DNA of 64,000 nucleotides from Paraspadella gotoi (lineage: Eukaryota > Animalia > Chaetognatha), in the NCBI GenBank assembly GCA_051294375.1, contig CM119263.1:26266758-26330757 (forward strand), read 5' to 3'. The translations under genes and the position numbers were made by a program. The notes below the pieces were generated by a model. The model saw only the letters and a list, made by a program, of their open reading frames with translations. It did not search any database and had not been told where the DNA came from. The number at the start of each line of letters is the position of its first letter. Position 1 is the first letter of the stretch. Shown piece after piece: positions 26,401 through 40,066 of this stretch.

Positions 26401-29400
26401 TGCGTCTTACTTTTCACCGATCCTTCGACACGGAGTTAAAACAATTAATCCTGATTAAGCCTATATAATATATATTATATAGTATTCGTTTTCATCCGCG
26501 GGAGAAGTAGTAATTAACCCGCCCGGACTTAGCTAATCTATGCGTTCACTTCCCTTTATTATTCTTTATCAAAGACTTCCTCAGATGATCATGAGATCAG
26601 TAAGGAAGTCGCCCACAAAGACGACGCCGACGACGATCACGACGCCGACGAAGACGGTGACAAAGACCCAACGGCAAGACGGACAATGGAGACGACGACG
26701 AGGACGCCGAACATGATGATGAGGGGGGAGGTTACCAGGTCGACTCTTTCCCTTCTCTTCCTCTATTTTTCCCCACCCTCTTCAAAGCATGGTGGTCGTC
26801 ACCAAAGACTGCTTTTAGAGTGAGATAGTCCCTCGTTGGACGAATGCCCTTCAAGTTTAGTCAATCCGACAACGACGACGTTTTTGAACGACAGCGCTTC
26901 CGACATAGACAACGACACCTAAGATGACGACGATGATGACGACACACCGCGGACGCCGATAACGATGATGACGACGACGAAGGCGCCAACAACGACACTG
27001 CCTAAGCCGAACAAGGACGCCGACAACGCTTATAAAGGACATTTAAAAGACAGAAATGACGTTGATGTCAGACTTAAGACTTAAGACTTAAGACAGAAAT
27101 GACGTTGATGTCAAGGTCATCGACAACAGAAGGCGGAGACGGAGAGTCTCTCTCTCTTACCTCCTTTTCCTTTTCTTTCCTTTTGTCGCTTTTAAGACAC
27201 GATGAAAGTTAACGTGGCGAAACTTAACCATACAAATTTTATCATATTTTTTAATGATTTCTTTACAATCTGTAACTAAAAGGAATAGATTATGAAATAT
27301 AAACTAAAAAGTATAAGAAATGATTAGTTTAATTTTAATAAAAATAAACTCGCTGTATTTTTTTAAGAATTATAAAAATTAAGTCATTATTTAATAAAAA
27401 AATTGAACCACTTAATTAAAGGTATAATCAAACTACAGAAGTCTGAAACTGAAATAATTTTTTTGTATTATAATAAATAATATAAAAAATATTTTATTCA
27501 AATTTAGACCTTGTACCAGATATTAACCTAAATAAATGATGTTTCAGAAACCCTTTTAAAAAGCAAGGATTATAATCACTGTATTTTTTTTCTTGCATAA
27601 CTCTACGCCATGGTAGCTTTCATGGAGTCATAACGAATTTCGCGTGCTGTCTTACAGCTCGACGTATCGCCGCCGTATATTGGCGACGGGTAACTTTGGC
27701 GTTTCCATAAGAACCGGCCATAAACACTGGAGTCTGGGCCAATTGTCTCCTGGTTGACAAGTTCTATTTGTCTTACGAGACATGGACGAGTTGAATGCCT
27801 TCTTTGTCGTGGACCATGAGTCGTCTGACCTTGAGAGGACAAAGTAAATATTAGTTAAAAACAGGTCTATATGTTCGTTAGGTAAAAGGATAATTATAAC
27901 GTTCCTTGTGCAAATTTTTTAAATATATTTTATTACCGCTGTTGGGCGGAGTCAGTTAATATTAAGTTATTAACAAACTAATAATCAATTAGTACAAGAA
28001 TATCAAAGCGCTTTTCCCTTTCACGATTAAAGTTTTGACAGAATCTGTTAAACGAGAAGAATAAAGATTAAAATAAAACTTCACTAATTGGGCGGCACTC
28101 TGTTAAGTTGATTAGTTTATTTAAATTTGTTTAACTATTCCTACTTTTTCCATTTCTGATTCTCACAGGCGCGGTTTTTGTTCTACTCGGATGCATCCTT
28201 CTTCAATGTCCACGATTTTTTGAGAAAAAGTTTCTGTACATAGGTAAGTTAAATTGTAAATTGTGGTGAATCCAATAGGTTGGTAAACCTTAGCTCGTCC
28301 CACTGGCTTGAACAGTAGAGTGGAGCTCTTGACTTGAGTCTCGAGACTCGAGAACAAAAATTTGATCTAAGTCAAAAATAATAATTTTATGACAGGAAAG
28401 GTTTATTCGAGTGAGAGTATCGTCCAACGGTGTCGACTTATAAGGAGGAGACCACGAGTCAGAAAGAAAGAGAAAGAGAGAGAAACGGTCGGTCGAATCG
28501 TCAGCTATAGTCATCTTCGACCGTCCTCCACACTCCACAGTATTATCTTTTAGATAAGAAAAATTTTCTTTGTTTTCACAATAAAAATTTTATGAAAAAA
28601 AATCACAGACATTTTTCGGTCTTAAATTTCAGACCATCGCACAGTCATCGAAATATTTTTTTTACTGCGGAAAAAGGGTGGTACATCATATGTTAATAGT
28701 TTTTCGTTTAATCCGTCCAGGTGTATCACAAGAACACTGTCTATGATATCGGGTTGTAAAAATTATTCATATCGGAGATATAAGGCTTTTTTCTTTTTTT
28801 GGAGCTCACTTTGTTTTGTTATTTGTAGACATTTTAAACGATAAAAACCTAATTTTTTTTTACTCATTTCAATAACTGGATAGTTTGCATGGACTGAATT
28901 ATAAATTGCTTGAACAGCATTTTACTGTATATAAGGTTTTCAAATACTAGCCTAAAGACTATATGGAAGCACGCGGAAGCACGGCCATTTCCACTGCATT
29001 TAATGATTCATCATATCAGGAAGCTACCATATTTGGCTTTTTGTCCGCCGTGTCCGGCATGGTTAGTTATAACCAAATGATTTTTGAAATAATTTTTTTT
29101 ACAAAAATTCGATATAACTAATTATTTTGTACAATATCTTTTAAAGAAAATTTTTTAATTAAAAAAAAAAAACCTTAGTTCTTAACTAGGACAATTATAA
29201 CTCTGAGGAAAAAAAATAAAAAGCAAAAAATGACAAAAGAAGAAAGTTTGGGAACTCAAATGATTCGAACAAAGACGACGACGACGACGACGAATATAAT
29301 ACGAAGACGACGACGAAGTCTTTGTACTTTGTGACCCGTAGTGGTCAGTAAAATGACCGTTCATATCAAACAGAATTACCTTGTTATGGCTGACCTTTTC

Positions 29401-32400
29401 CAGCCCATGTAATACGTATTTGTTGTTGTTGTTATTTTTTTACCTTTTTGATTTTTACTCTGTTTTTTCGTTAATATATGTTTTCTCTTCTCACAAAAAA
29501 CACGTCTCGAATTTTTCTCTTAATTCTTATTTTTGAGTCACCGCAATTGGTATTGCCCGACGCTTCTTCTAGACTTTTTTTATCCTTGTTAATGACAATT
29601 TTAGTTTTGTTTCGTTTTCGAACGTATAGTCAACTCAAACATGGAGTACGTCGGGCAATGAAAAATTTTTGTGGAAGGAAATTTAAAATAATATTAAAAC
29701 TAGAAAGCTGTGATGGAAACTAAAACAAATTTAGATACTTGATTAATTCAATACAAAAATTTAGTGTTTAGAATTGTCTTTTACTGTTTTTACTAAAAAA
29801 AATTGAGGAAACGATCTAAGAAAACCATGATAGAATTATTTTCTCTTTTACCAAATTTAAAAAATTATACAAACATATTTATCATTTTATAAAGGTAACG
29901 AATAAAGTTTTTTAAATATAACTACTTACAATATAACAACCTACCAAAAAACAACTAATTGCACTATAGGCATAGTTTTTCCGAGAAAAAACCTCATTTC
30001 GATCACTGTGCATCGGGTAGAAATCAAATAAAACAGAGAGAGAGAGAGAGTGAGAGAGAAAATTTAAGACCGAAACATGTCTGTGATTCAGATTCAGATT
30101 CCTCATTAAAATTTAGATCAAAAATATAAAACATGTGATCAAACATTCTCTTGTCTTCAGTGCCAAATTTTAAAATAAAGATTTAAATTCTCCAGGGTCT
30201 TGGAAGTCATAGGCTGTGTTAGCGTCGCTGGAGCAAGTCCCGTTTGAGGAAGCTTCCTGTGAGCTACAGTCAGCAGCAGTTCCGGATTCTAGAGAGCTGG
30301 AACCAATTTTATGAGTTTACAAGGATATTACTACAAAGAAAATACAATTTTCTCTACTGTTATGCTAAAAAAAATTTTGAAGCGGATATTCTTTTTTTAA
30401 TTATACATGTAGAGGCAACAAAAATATAGTTAACTTGCTTAATCATTTAATCACTTCCCCCTAATGAACAGCTACATATGTGCTCGTTCACCGTTCAATC
30501 CCCTCACGGTCACGCTGGTTTAGTGTGATGGTGTCGGCATAAATTCGCCAGTGACATGGGGTGGTTACTGCAGGTCCAAAGCCCTGAACGCCAGCTGCCA
30601 GGAGATGCCTCACACCCCGGGCATCACTCATGCCTCCCCGTTTCCATAAAATACAAATGGTCAGTTGCACAAAGCACAACAACATTTTATTGTCGTTCAT
30701 GTCCTTTTGGCATTTGTATTGAGTAGATACTTTCAGACTATTATCCATCTCGTTAAAGAGGCCGTCTCTTTCAGACTCAATACCATCTCTGTCAGACCCT
30801 TGTCAGTCTGTTGCAGTCTCATATCAGTCTCTTTTACATCTCTTCCCTTCTCTTTCAGATTATCCATCTAAGCAAAATCCAGCGGAAATGATCTCTACTT
30901 GCGTCTCTCTTCCCTCCAAATGGATCCACGGTTGGGTGCCAATCTACATGATCACCTACTTTTCCAGTGAGTAAGGACGACAAGTTCACAGATTTGTTTA
31001 TATTGATATTAGCATTCAAGAGCTATAGCTACCGAAAGACAAGTGGTAAAAAAAAATTCATCATTTGAGTCGCTTCAAAAACTATTTTTGAAGATCTGCC
31101 AAAAACCGAAGATACTTTTTGGCCTTAATTTATGGGCAATGGGCATTAAGGCGTAGTAAAATTTATAAATTTAACTTTAAATAAAATTCTAAAAGTGAGG
31201 AACGAACAACATTATATTAATGAACATTTAAGTAATGAAAAAATTTTTAATAAATTTTACAATTTATGCAGTAGGCCATATTTATACTAGTACTAAACCA
31301 ATAAATGTTAAAATTTCAAAACAGTTTTTTCTAAGATTTTTTTGCAGATTTGGATTCGTCATAAAAAGTTGGTAAAAAGAAATATAACTCCTTTTGAAAA
31401 ATTTATTCATTAAGTGGGTCAGAAATTAGAAAAAGCTATATTTTAAGCTAAAATTAACTTTTTAATATAGTTGTGGAGAGACTACGTTTGTTTTTTTTAA
31501 TTTTTAACCCCACTTATGAAATAATTTTAAAAATGATTTATATTTTCTTTTATCAACTTTTGACGAGGAATTCAAATCTGCAATCAAAAATTAAGAAAAG
31601 CTTATTTTAAAATTTTTCGATTTTATAAGGATAGTACTATATATAAATATAGCCTACTGCGAATTAAAAAAATAAAATTAATTTTTTTTACAAATTAATG
31701 TTCACTGATGGTATGTTGTTCATGAATTGATTTTTAGAATTTTCGTATGTAACTTTCACTACGCCTTAATGGGCATTCTATTTATGTTTTTTTAAAAAAA
31801 TTGTGAATAGAAAATAATAACTTTAAAAATAGGAAATCATATGTGTAACTTAAAATAATCGGTTTAGTCATTTCAGAGCTACAGTACTTTAAACACAAAA
31901 GGCTAAAAATAATTTAATTTCCTTTTGCTCTGACATTTTGTTTAAGAAAAAAGGGTCATTCAATTCAACTTCAAAATAGGCCAACAATGGAGTACAAATT
32001 CAGAAGGCTGAGCTCCTGCCGATTCCGAAATGTATTCACTTTAAACATTTGATGCATTCTACGCCATTTTATATCGGTTTTAAATTATAATATAAATAAA
32101 GAAACCTATCCTGAAGAGTTGCAGGTCAAACGAAAAAGCCACATCCATCTGATTATTTTTTATGAATATTTTTATTAGTGGATTCGAAAAATGTAATAGA
32201 GAGACATTTTTAAATTTCAATTTGTATCATTGAAAATGAAACATTTTTAAACTTGAACCCTGAATTCTTCATAACTGGAACGCGTTTATCAAAATGTCTC
32301 TCTATTACATTTTTACAAATGTTTTTAAGATTGCTAATCAAATTTTTAAATCAATATTTATTGCAGTCGTTTAGGCTGCAACTCTTGAAATTCAGTATAG

Positions 32401-33389
32401 ATTCACTGTAACTCAAATTTCTTTACCATCTATTTAACTGAAGATTTTGTTCATGACTGGAAAACCAACAGAGTAACAAGATTAATTGTTTAATTCTCCC
32501 CTTCTAAATTATCCCTTACCGTGTTTTAACTTCTTACCTAGAATTTTTTAACAATCAGATGATAAACTAATCTTTAAAAAATGTGCTACCCATTTAACTA
32601 ACAATTTTGTTATTTACCGATTTAAAAAAATGATTGAAAACAGAATGTTTACATATAAATAAAAACTTCTTTTTTTTTTGGGATTACTGATGACTATAAT
32701 GTATTTCTCGAAGTATTAGCTCTTATACATCAAAGATTACGCATGTTATGCTGAATGACCTTTTCCTCTAAGTACGTACCTAATAGTTGTAACTGAGTAA
32801 GTTACTTTTAAAAAATCAAACTGCTGAGTAACGGATAGCTATAGATTAACCAAATTTATACCAATAGTTCCTTTTTCTAGTTCCTCTTTTGACGCGTGTT
32901 GACGCAAACAGATTTTGAAAAAAAAAGTGTTATCGACTTATAATATTGAAAAAAGTTAAATATATAATGGGAAAGTTAAACTATGAACAGACACGATTCG
33001 CGCGACTCGAACTCACGGTTGAATGAGCTAATTTAAAAAAATGAACGAATCAATTAACGACCTTCGTTCAGTGTCTTTCAAATGCAAAACGGAATCGTTA
33101 TTCATGTCCGATAAAAAGAGAAAATCCGATATTGTATAAATGGGACGATTAAATTTAACGTATAAGTCTTGCCTTTAACTTTAAAAACAAATTTCAAAAG
33201 TTTTGTTTTCGAAAGATCAGAATCGAAGAATTACGAAAGCAAACAAACAAAACTCTTTTTTTTTTTCGTTAGATTTATTTTTTTTACCGGAGAAGAAAAG
33301 GGATTCATATGATTTATGATGAGTAAGAAAGGAAGAAAGAAAGAAAGAAAGAAAGAAAAAAAGAAAACAAGAGAGAAAGAAAGATAGAT

Positions 33390-33432
<43 letters not shown>

Positions 33433-33433
33433 G

Positions 33434-33492
<59 letters not shown>

Positions 33493-36421
33493 AAAGAAAA
33501 AAAGAAAGAAAGAAAGGACCTATCTAATAACAAATCATGAATTCACCATCTCAGGCGTGCACCAACCCAAAAGTGAGTAGTAAATATTTAAAATGACCAA
33601 CCAATGAACATCTAACCATTTTTTGAAACAAGATTAAGTCCTTGCGTCAGCGACTCAGAAACTTTCTTCCCTCGTGCTGGACGCGATTCGCGATTCGTGA
33701 TGTGTAAATAATTAAATTTAGCATATAGTCTCTTCGGAGGCGTGGGTTCAAATCTCACCGCTGCGGCACTATTTTCTTAGAGCGCCCCGTTGATTTATCC
33801 CGGATTTTAATTTTAACCTTAAAAGTTAAATTTGTAACATAATCTCTAACCCTAATCCTAATCCTGAACCCTAAACTAAAACCTTAATCCCAAATTTAAA
33901 ATTCTAACCCCTGACTTTAATACCTAATCCTATTCCCTAACAATCACTAACCATATATACCTACTTAATTTTAACTTAAAAATCTAATTCCGAATTTAGG
34001 ACGAAATTGGTTCGTTCAACGAAGAAATGGCCGAAAGAAAGGCCGAAAAGAAAAGAAAAGAAAAAACAAGGGAAAAAAAAGAAAAAAGAAAAAACAAGAA
34101 AAGAAAAGAAAAAAGGAGAAAAGAAAAAAAAGGAAAAAAACGCGCAAACATTGACATTGTGAAATAAAAAAAAACTTTTAACAAAAAAAGGGAAACGTAG
34201 GGGTTTTTCGTATTTGTCACTTGACAAAATTTCATCGCGCAATTCGAACTTTGATACAAAAAAAGGGGAGGGGAGCTCGTAAATTCTTTGATTGAGTTGA
34301 CAGTTTTTAGTTGCGCCATCTATATAAGTCAGTTTTCGGTCTGTCGGTGGGTCTATTTGTTCGTCAATCTGTCTTGAACGCTCAAAACTCAAGTTAATAC
34401 TGCATTATATTGCAGTGATGAACTATAAGATTAAAAACAAGCAAATATTTTATACATGATACTGTCAAGATTCATACAATGTTTAGTCGTATGATCGTCT
34501 GGATATTCGTCCATTAAAGTAGCCGATGAAATTTTAATGCTAATGTATTCAGCGTTAAAATAATCTATCATAAGCAAATTAAGCATAGATTAATTAATTA
34601 ATTAGTTATCTAATCATCTGCTTACCGCTAATGATCGTGGGCGTTTATATTTACTGTGAAAAGAAAAAACATAAAAATATATTTATTACTTATTTAAATA
34701 TTAATTACTTATAAAGAGAAAAAAACTTGACAGCAACATTTTCTCCTCTTTCTCCCATTTTTAAATCGGCCTCTCTGACCCTAGAGTCTTCTTTCAGGTC
34801 TATCGAGGTCTTCTCTCTCTCGCTCTTCCTCGTCTCTAGAGAAATACAGGTCTTCCTTAACGAGGAGGTCACTCTTTCTTTTTTTTATTCCCAGTGGAAA
34901 AAAAAAGCTTTATTTTACTCTTCTCTCTAATGTGCAGATTTAAGGAAGCGCACAGGTGTCGAGTCGAAAAGCAATTATATGCCGGATTTTCTGCTCATCA
35001 GTGGAGATCCGCTTCTTGTAAATGCAATGTTTATGAAATCAGATATCGGGCATCAGATAAAAGTTAATGCCCTTGCGATTTTTATATATCTATAAGTTTC
35101 CGTTTTAAAAATGATTTAATTTCAAACGTAAATCCTATCTCTTTCCCTTCACGCTTTACCGCTTCAATTGCGAGCTTTCTCGACTTATATCGAGGAAAAC
35201 TTTGCCAACGGGCAAAGCTTTATGTACTGTATCGAGCTTTTTTTTTTTTAAATTCATCATCAGTTTCTACTCAATGAGAAAAACTAAATTGATCATTCCG
35301 ATGCTGATGCCTTCGTTGTCGTTTTTACTGAATAGAACGAGTGAATAATACTGAATATCTGTGATTTATGCTTTACTTTTGCATTAGGCGCAAATTAAAT
35401 CACTTGATATCGTTGCCGTACATAAGCTTGCAATGTCATTATCTTGTAAGAGTGATGGAGGCCTTAAACCGCCAAAGCCTGTCCAAAGTCAGGGGCAAGA
35501 TAGCTTATTTATTAAATGAATGGATAATTTTTATATTGGTTGTACCAATTTCATAAAAAAAGTTAAGACTTCACCTTCTCCTCTCCTCTCTCCACTCTCC
35601 CCCCGCAGCCCGCGTGGTGGTCGTGCACATCATCCCTTGCATTCTCCTCGTCGTCACCAACAGCCTTTTGGTCGACACCATGAGGGAGGCAAACGAGCGT
35701 CGCCTTCGCCTATTGCAATCCAACATCAAGCAGAAGCGGGACAACGCCCGACAGCGCCGCCTGGCCGACAAACTTCGGGCCGACGCGGAGAAGCAACAAC
35801 GGGAAAAGGAAAAGATGGAGGACATGGAGGACAAGGAAAACAAGGAGGACAAAAACGACAAAGAGGACAAAGACAGCAGGAGCGTTTCGGCCAAAAGCGT
35901 GTCAGGTTGTCCTACACCGGATATCGACCAAGGTGAGCGAGGGAAGGGACGATTGGGGAAAGGAAGGAAGGGTCTGGAAAAGAGGAAAGAGTCAATTGTC
36001 CTCAATGGGTCACTTGAAAAAAAAAAGAGGGAAAATTCTGGGGAAGGAAGAAATAAGCAATCATTATATGTGGGGGAATAATAGAGAAAAAAATGAAAAA
36101 GTATAAAACAGATTGGTAAGGACAATTTTGAGTGAGAAGGGAAGGTTGAAAAGAAATTGTTTTTTTGGAATATGGGAAGATAAAAAAAGTTTCTACCGAA
36201 GTTAGAATGAGAGGAAAAGTTTAGTAATTATGAGCGAGGTGGTAAAAGATGATACAAGAGAAAATAATAAGATTGGGGTGTACGTAGGAAGAACGAAAAT
36301 GAAAAAGAAAAAAAGGAAATAAAGAACCGGGATAAAGTCAGAGATGGAAAACGATTTTGTTTATCCCTTTTTATGGGAACTCGTTTCCTCCGGCTGCGAG
36401 AGAGAGAGAGAGAGAGGAGAA

Positions 36422-36453
<32 letters not shown>

Positions 36454-36461
36454 AGAGAGAG

Positions 36462-36516
<55 letters not shown>

Positions 36517-37583
36517 GTCACGTAAGGACGTCGATGATTGTTCGCGGCCCTCCTTCATCAAAAGCTTAAAATAACTTATTTTTTTAACACGAACATGTTG
36601 TATATTATTATTTATTTCCTTATGATATTTTTTTTCTTTCCGTTTCAAACTCAACTGGCTAAGAACTCCATTCATTTCTTCTTCTCGCTGCTTCATTTTT
36701 TTTCTTTTTCCTCTATAAGACCGACCAAGTGTTTATATTGACCTAAAAAAGATCGAGAAGTTTGTTATCAGATAGTTCTTCGTTTCGGTTACCTTAGAAG
36801 TTCTTTCGTATCACTCCTGTCTGAAGTCTATTCAAATATTTTATAAGCACAACCAAACCCTCTCTCATCAACACCCACTCCCCGTCAACTCCTTCCGTCC
36901 AATTCTCCCTTCAGACACTCCTTCGTCGAGACGCCCGTCCAATCTGGCGGCGTTGGAGCAGACGAAGAAGGAGCGGAAGAAGCGACGAGAGGCTCGATGC
37001 ACCACGTTGATGCTCGTCATCGTCGTCACAGTCTTTCTCGCTGTCGAGTTGCCGCTCACCTTCATCTTCATCGTCGAGGCGAGAGAGTTGGTGGGATATG
37101 ACTGTAAATATAATCGAGTACCTGAAGGAGATGTGGAACGGACGGTTTGTGGGGCTTTGGGTAAGAGAGGGGAAGGGTATTGCAAAATTGACTATAGATC
37201 GCAACTGGATTGTCAATAATCGCTTGAGTAAAAAGAGTGAAAGGTTGTGTTGTGAATTTTTTTTTCTAAGATAACAGAGTTTTACTATTTTTTGGGGGGG
37301 GAAATTTCAAATTTCTTTTAGGTATGTGTTATTTAGGTTTGTGTTATTTATTTGTTTTTAGGTTATTTTCTTTTAAATATAAATTTTTTTTTTTTAAGTG
37401 ACACCTTTTTGTATGTTCTTATTCCGACGATTTTCTGAGGGTTTATTTTATTTTTAGAGCAGAATGTGGGCGGGATTGAGATGAGACCAAATATAGATAT
37501 CCTTGATTTGTTGCAATAAGAGGAGGAGGAAGGTCGCCATGACGACAATGGGGGTCTTAAGTTTATCTTGATCGGATGGTAAT

Positions 37584-37621
<38 letters not shown>

Positions 37622-37622
37622 A

Positions 37623-37686
<64 letters not shown>

Positions 37687-38071
37687 TGAAAGAATGAAAG
37701 AATGGAAAAGAAAAAAAGACATAAATAAATAAAAGAAATAAAGAAATAAAGAAATAAAGAAATAACGAAAGAAAGAGAGAGAGAAGGAGAGACGAAGATA
37801 GGAAGCGGTCGCCATGTTGTGCCTTCTTTTTGGACTCGAGGAAAACGCGTTAGGAGTTAACGACGTCCACTTTTCATTATCTCCGTCGTCGGAGTGGAAA
37901 TTCAGGTCAGAGAGGAATGGTCAGGCGCGTTTGTGGGGGACAAACAGGCGCCAGGTACGGAGCCTGCGCCTCGTCGCCTGATTTACGCTCCTTCGTCTGT
38001 ATTTTTTAAATTTTTTTGAGTGATGATTCCCAATGTGATTAACTTTTTGTTTTCATGTCACAACAGAACAT

Positions 38072-38167
<96 letters not shown>

Positions 38168-40008
38168 CTCTATTCTTGCGCTCTATCTCCAAGTGCCAAT
38201 ATTGACTTAGATTAAATAAAGAGAAGAGGAGAAAAATTTTGAAACACGCCGCCGCTCGCCAACTCCCCCTACCCCCCCCCGTTTCCCTTCTCTCCCATCG
38301 AACAGATCGTCCAGACTCTCTTCTCGTCCGTGAAGGTCCACATAGACAACGACGCCCTCAGCGTCGCCGTCTTCATGTTCAACTTCTTCATCGTGTTGTC
38401 GTATCCGACCAACTTCTTCATCTACTGCGTCATGTCGAAACAATTCAGGAGGGAATTCTCCAAGATGTTCACCTTCGCGAGGAGAAGTGAGACGGTTTTC
38501 CAAGGGGTTGGGGGGGGGGTGGAGAAGCGAGGTGAGTTGTGGAAAATGTTAGGACTGGGATGAGGATGAAGGCTGGCCAGAACTTATTGCTATTTATATC
38601 TAGGAGTTCTATTTTTTCAAAATAGCCTGTTAAAGGTTGTCTGCACAAAAAATAATCGTATTTTTTAAAATATTTATCATGATATGATATCATGACATTT
38701 ATCACCCTAAAGTAATTTCATATGGTGCCAGTGTAATGTGTACAGGAAGCTCTTTTGAGACGAGCTTCAAAAAATCGTTTGGATGGGTAAATAAAAAAAA
38801 AAATTTAATGTAAATTGATACACTTATAAAAAGGTGTAATGACAAAACAATCAATTAAAAAGATTCACATTCGGCAACTCTGACCTACTTTAAGTGATCA
38901 GAGAAGGCGGCATATGCTTTTGGGGGCGCGCCCGTTGGGAATGCTGTCATTTCTGTCATTATTTTTTATGTCCGAAGGTCAAAACTTCCTTAGGGGATGC
39001 GTGGGACATTCTGCTTCTGTATCCTACATTTCATCAATCTGGGGATTGCAGTCAGAAAACTGGGTGGCCAATTAAAAAATTACTAATATCTTCATCTTGA
39101 TTTTCGCCAAAATTTCCCAAAATTTTGTAAGGAAGCGGTGCGGAGAATTTCGACATATTATGCAAAAAGCATCATTTACAGTAGTTTCTGTAGGATTTTC
39201 CAGACGTTTTTGAAATCGATCAAAAGAAAATATAGTCCCTTTTTTCTTCTATCATAAAGCGTTATTGTGCTGTAAACACTTAAAGTTAGTCCCATAAGAG
39301 CTGGACCTCCCTGTATATGTTTTTGTTGTTTAACTTTTTGAGCTTTTATCATAATTCACAATTAAAAATTCTGAGTCATAGAAATGTAATATTTTTTTTT
39401 CAAAAAGCCTCGATAATTGATTATTAAAAAAATGTGAATTTTAAAAAAAAATGTATTTATTTATTTATTAATTAATTAATTATTAGTAATTGAGCTGTTC
39501 CCTCTTGTGAGGACTGAAGAATGCGCTTGAGGTGTGAAAAAGGATTTAACAATGCGGAGAAATTGAGGAAAATTAAGGAAAAAAACGAGACACGTGAATA
39601 GCAGAGAAGGGTGAGGACCGTTAGACCGTTAGACAAGTGAGAAAGCGTGATAAGTGACGCGGGTGAGGAAATGACGCAAGCGAAGTGAACGGACTGTGAA
39701 CCGGAGGGAATAGGAAGAAGTCAGGTGGGAGGAAGAAGGAAAAATGATTCTGTGGAGAAAGGGAAGGTGAGTTCAAGGCGCGAATCCTTGGGGTAAGTTT
39801 TTTTTTTGAGTGGAGAGGATACATCGCTATTATCAGGCCAAAATATTTTAGCTTCTGTTTGCTAAATTTAACTTAAACAAGTCATTGTGGTTGTCATGGA
39901 AAAGGATAAAAAATTTAAAGGGAAAAATATATTGAGAGACAAGTGAAAGAGTTAAAGAAAGAACTAAACGAGTGGACGGATAAATAATTAAACCTTTCTG
40001 TTTCTATA

Positions 40009-40066
<58 letters not shown>

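Noticed and set aside
30665-30760. Hydrophobic ORF FIVVHVLLAFVLSRYF as the missing TM4
   Set aside because: No splice sites in compatible phase were found.
31146-31769. TTAA-flanked Kolobok/piggyBac interpretation of the MITE
   Set aside because: All three copies show distinct 8-bp TSDs outside TAAGG termini, indicating hAT.
32111-32136. CTGAAGA-GTT..AAC-GAAA hammerhead-like core
   Set aside because: No stem I or III and no cleavage triplet; it is part of a DNA-element inverted repeat and the 56850 copy lacks the core.
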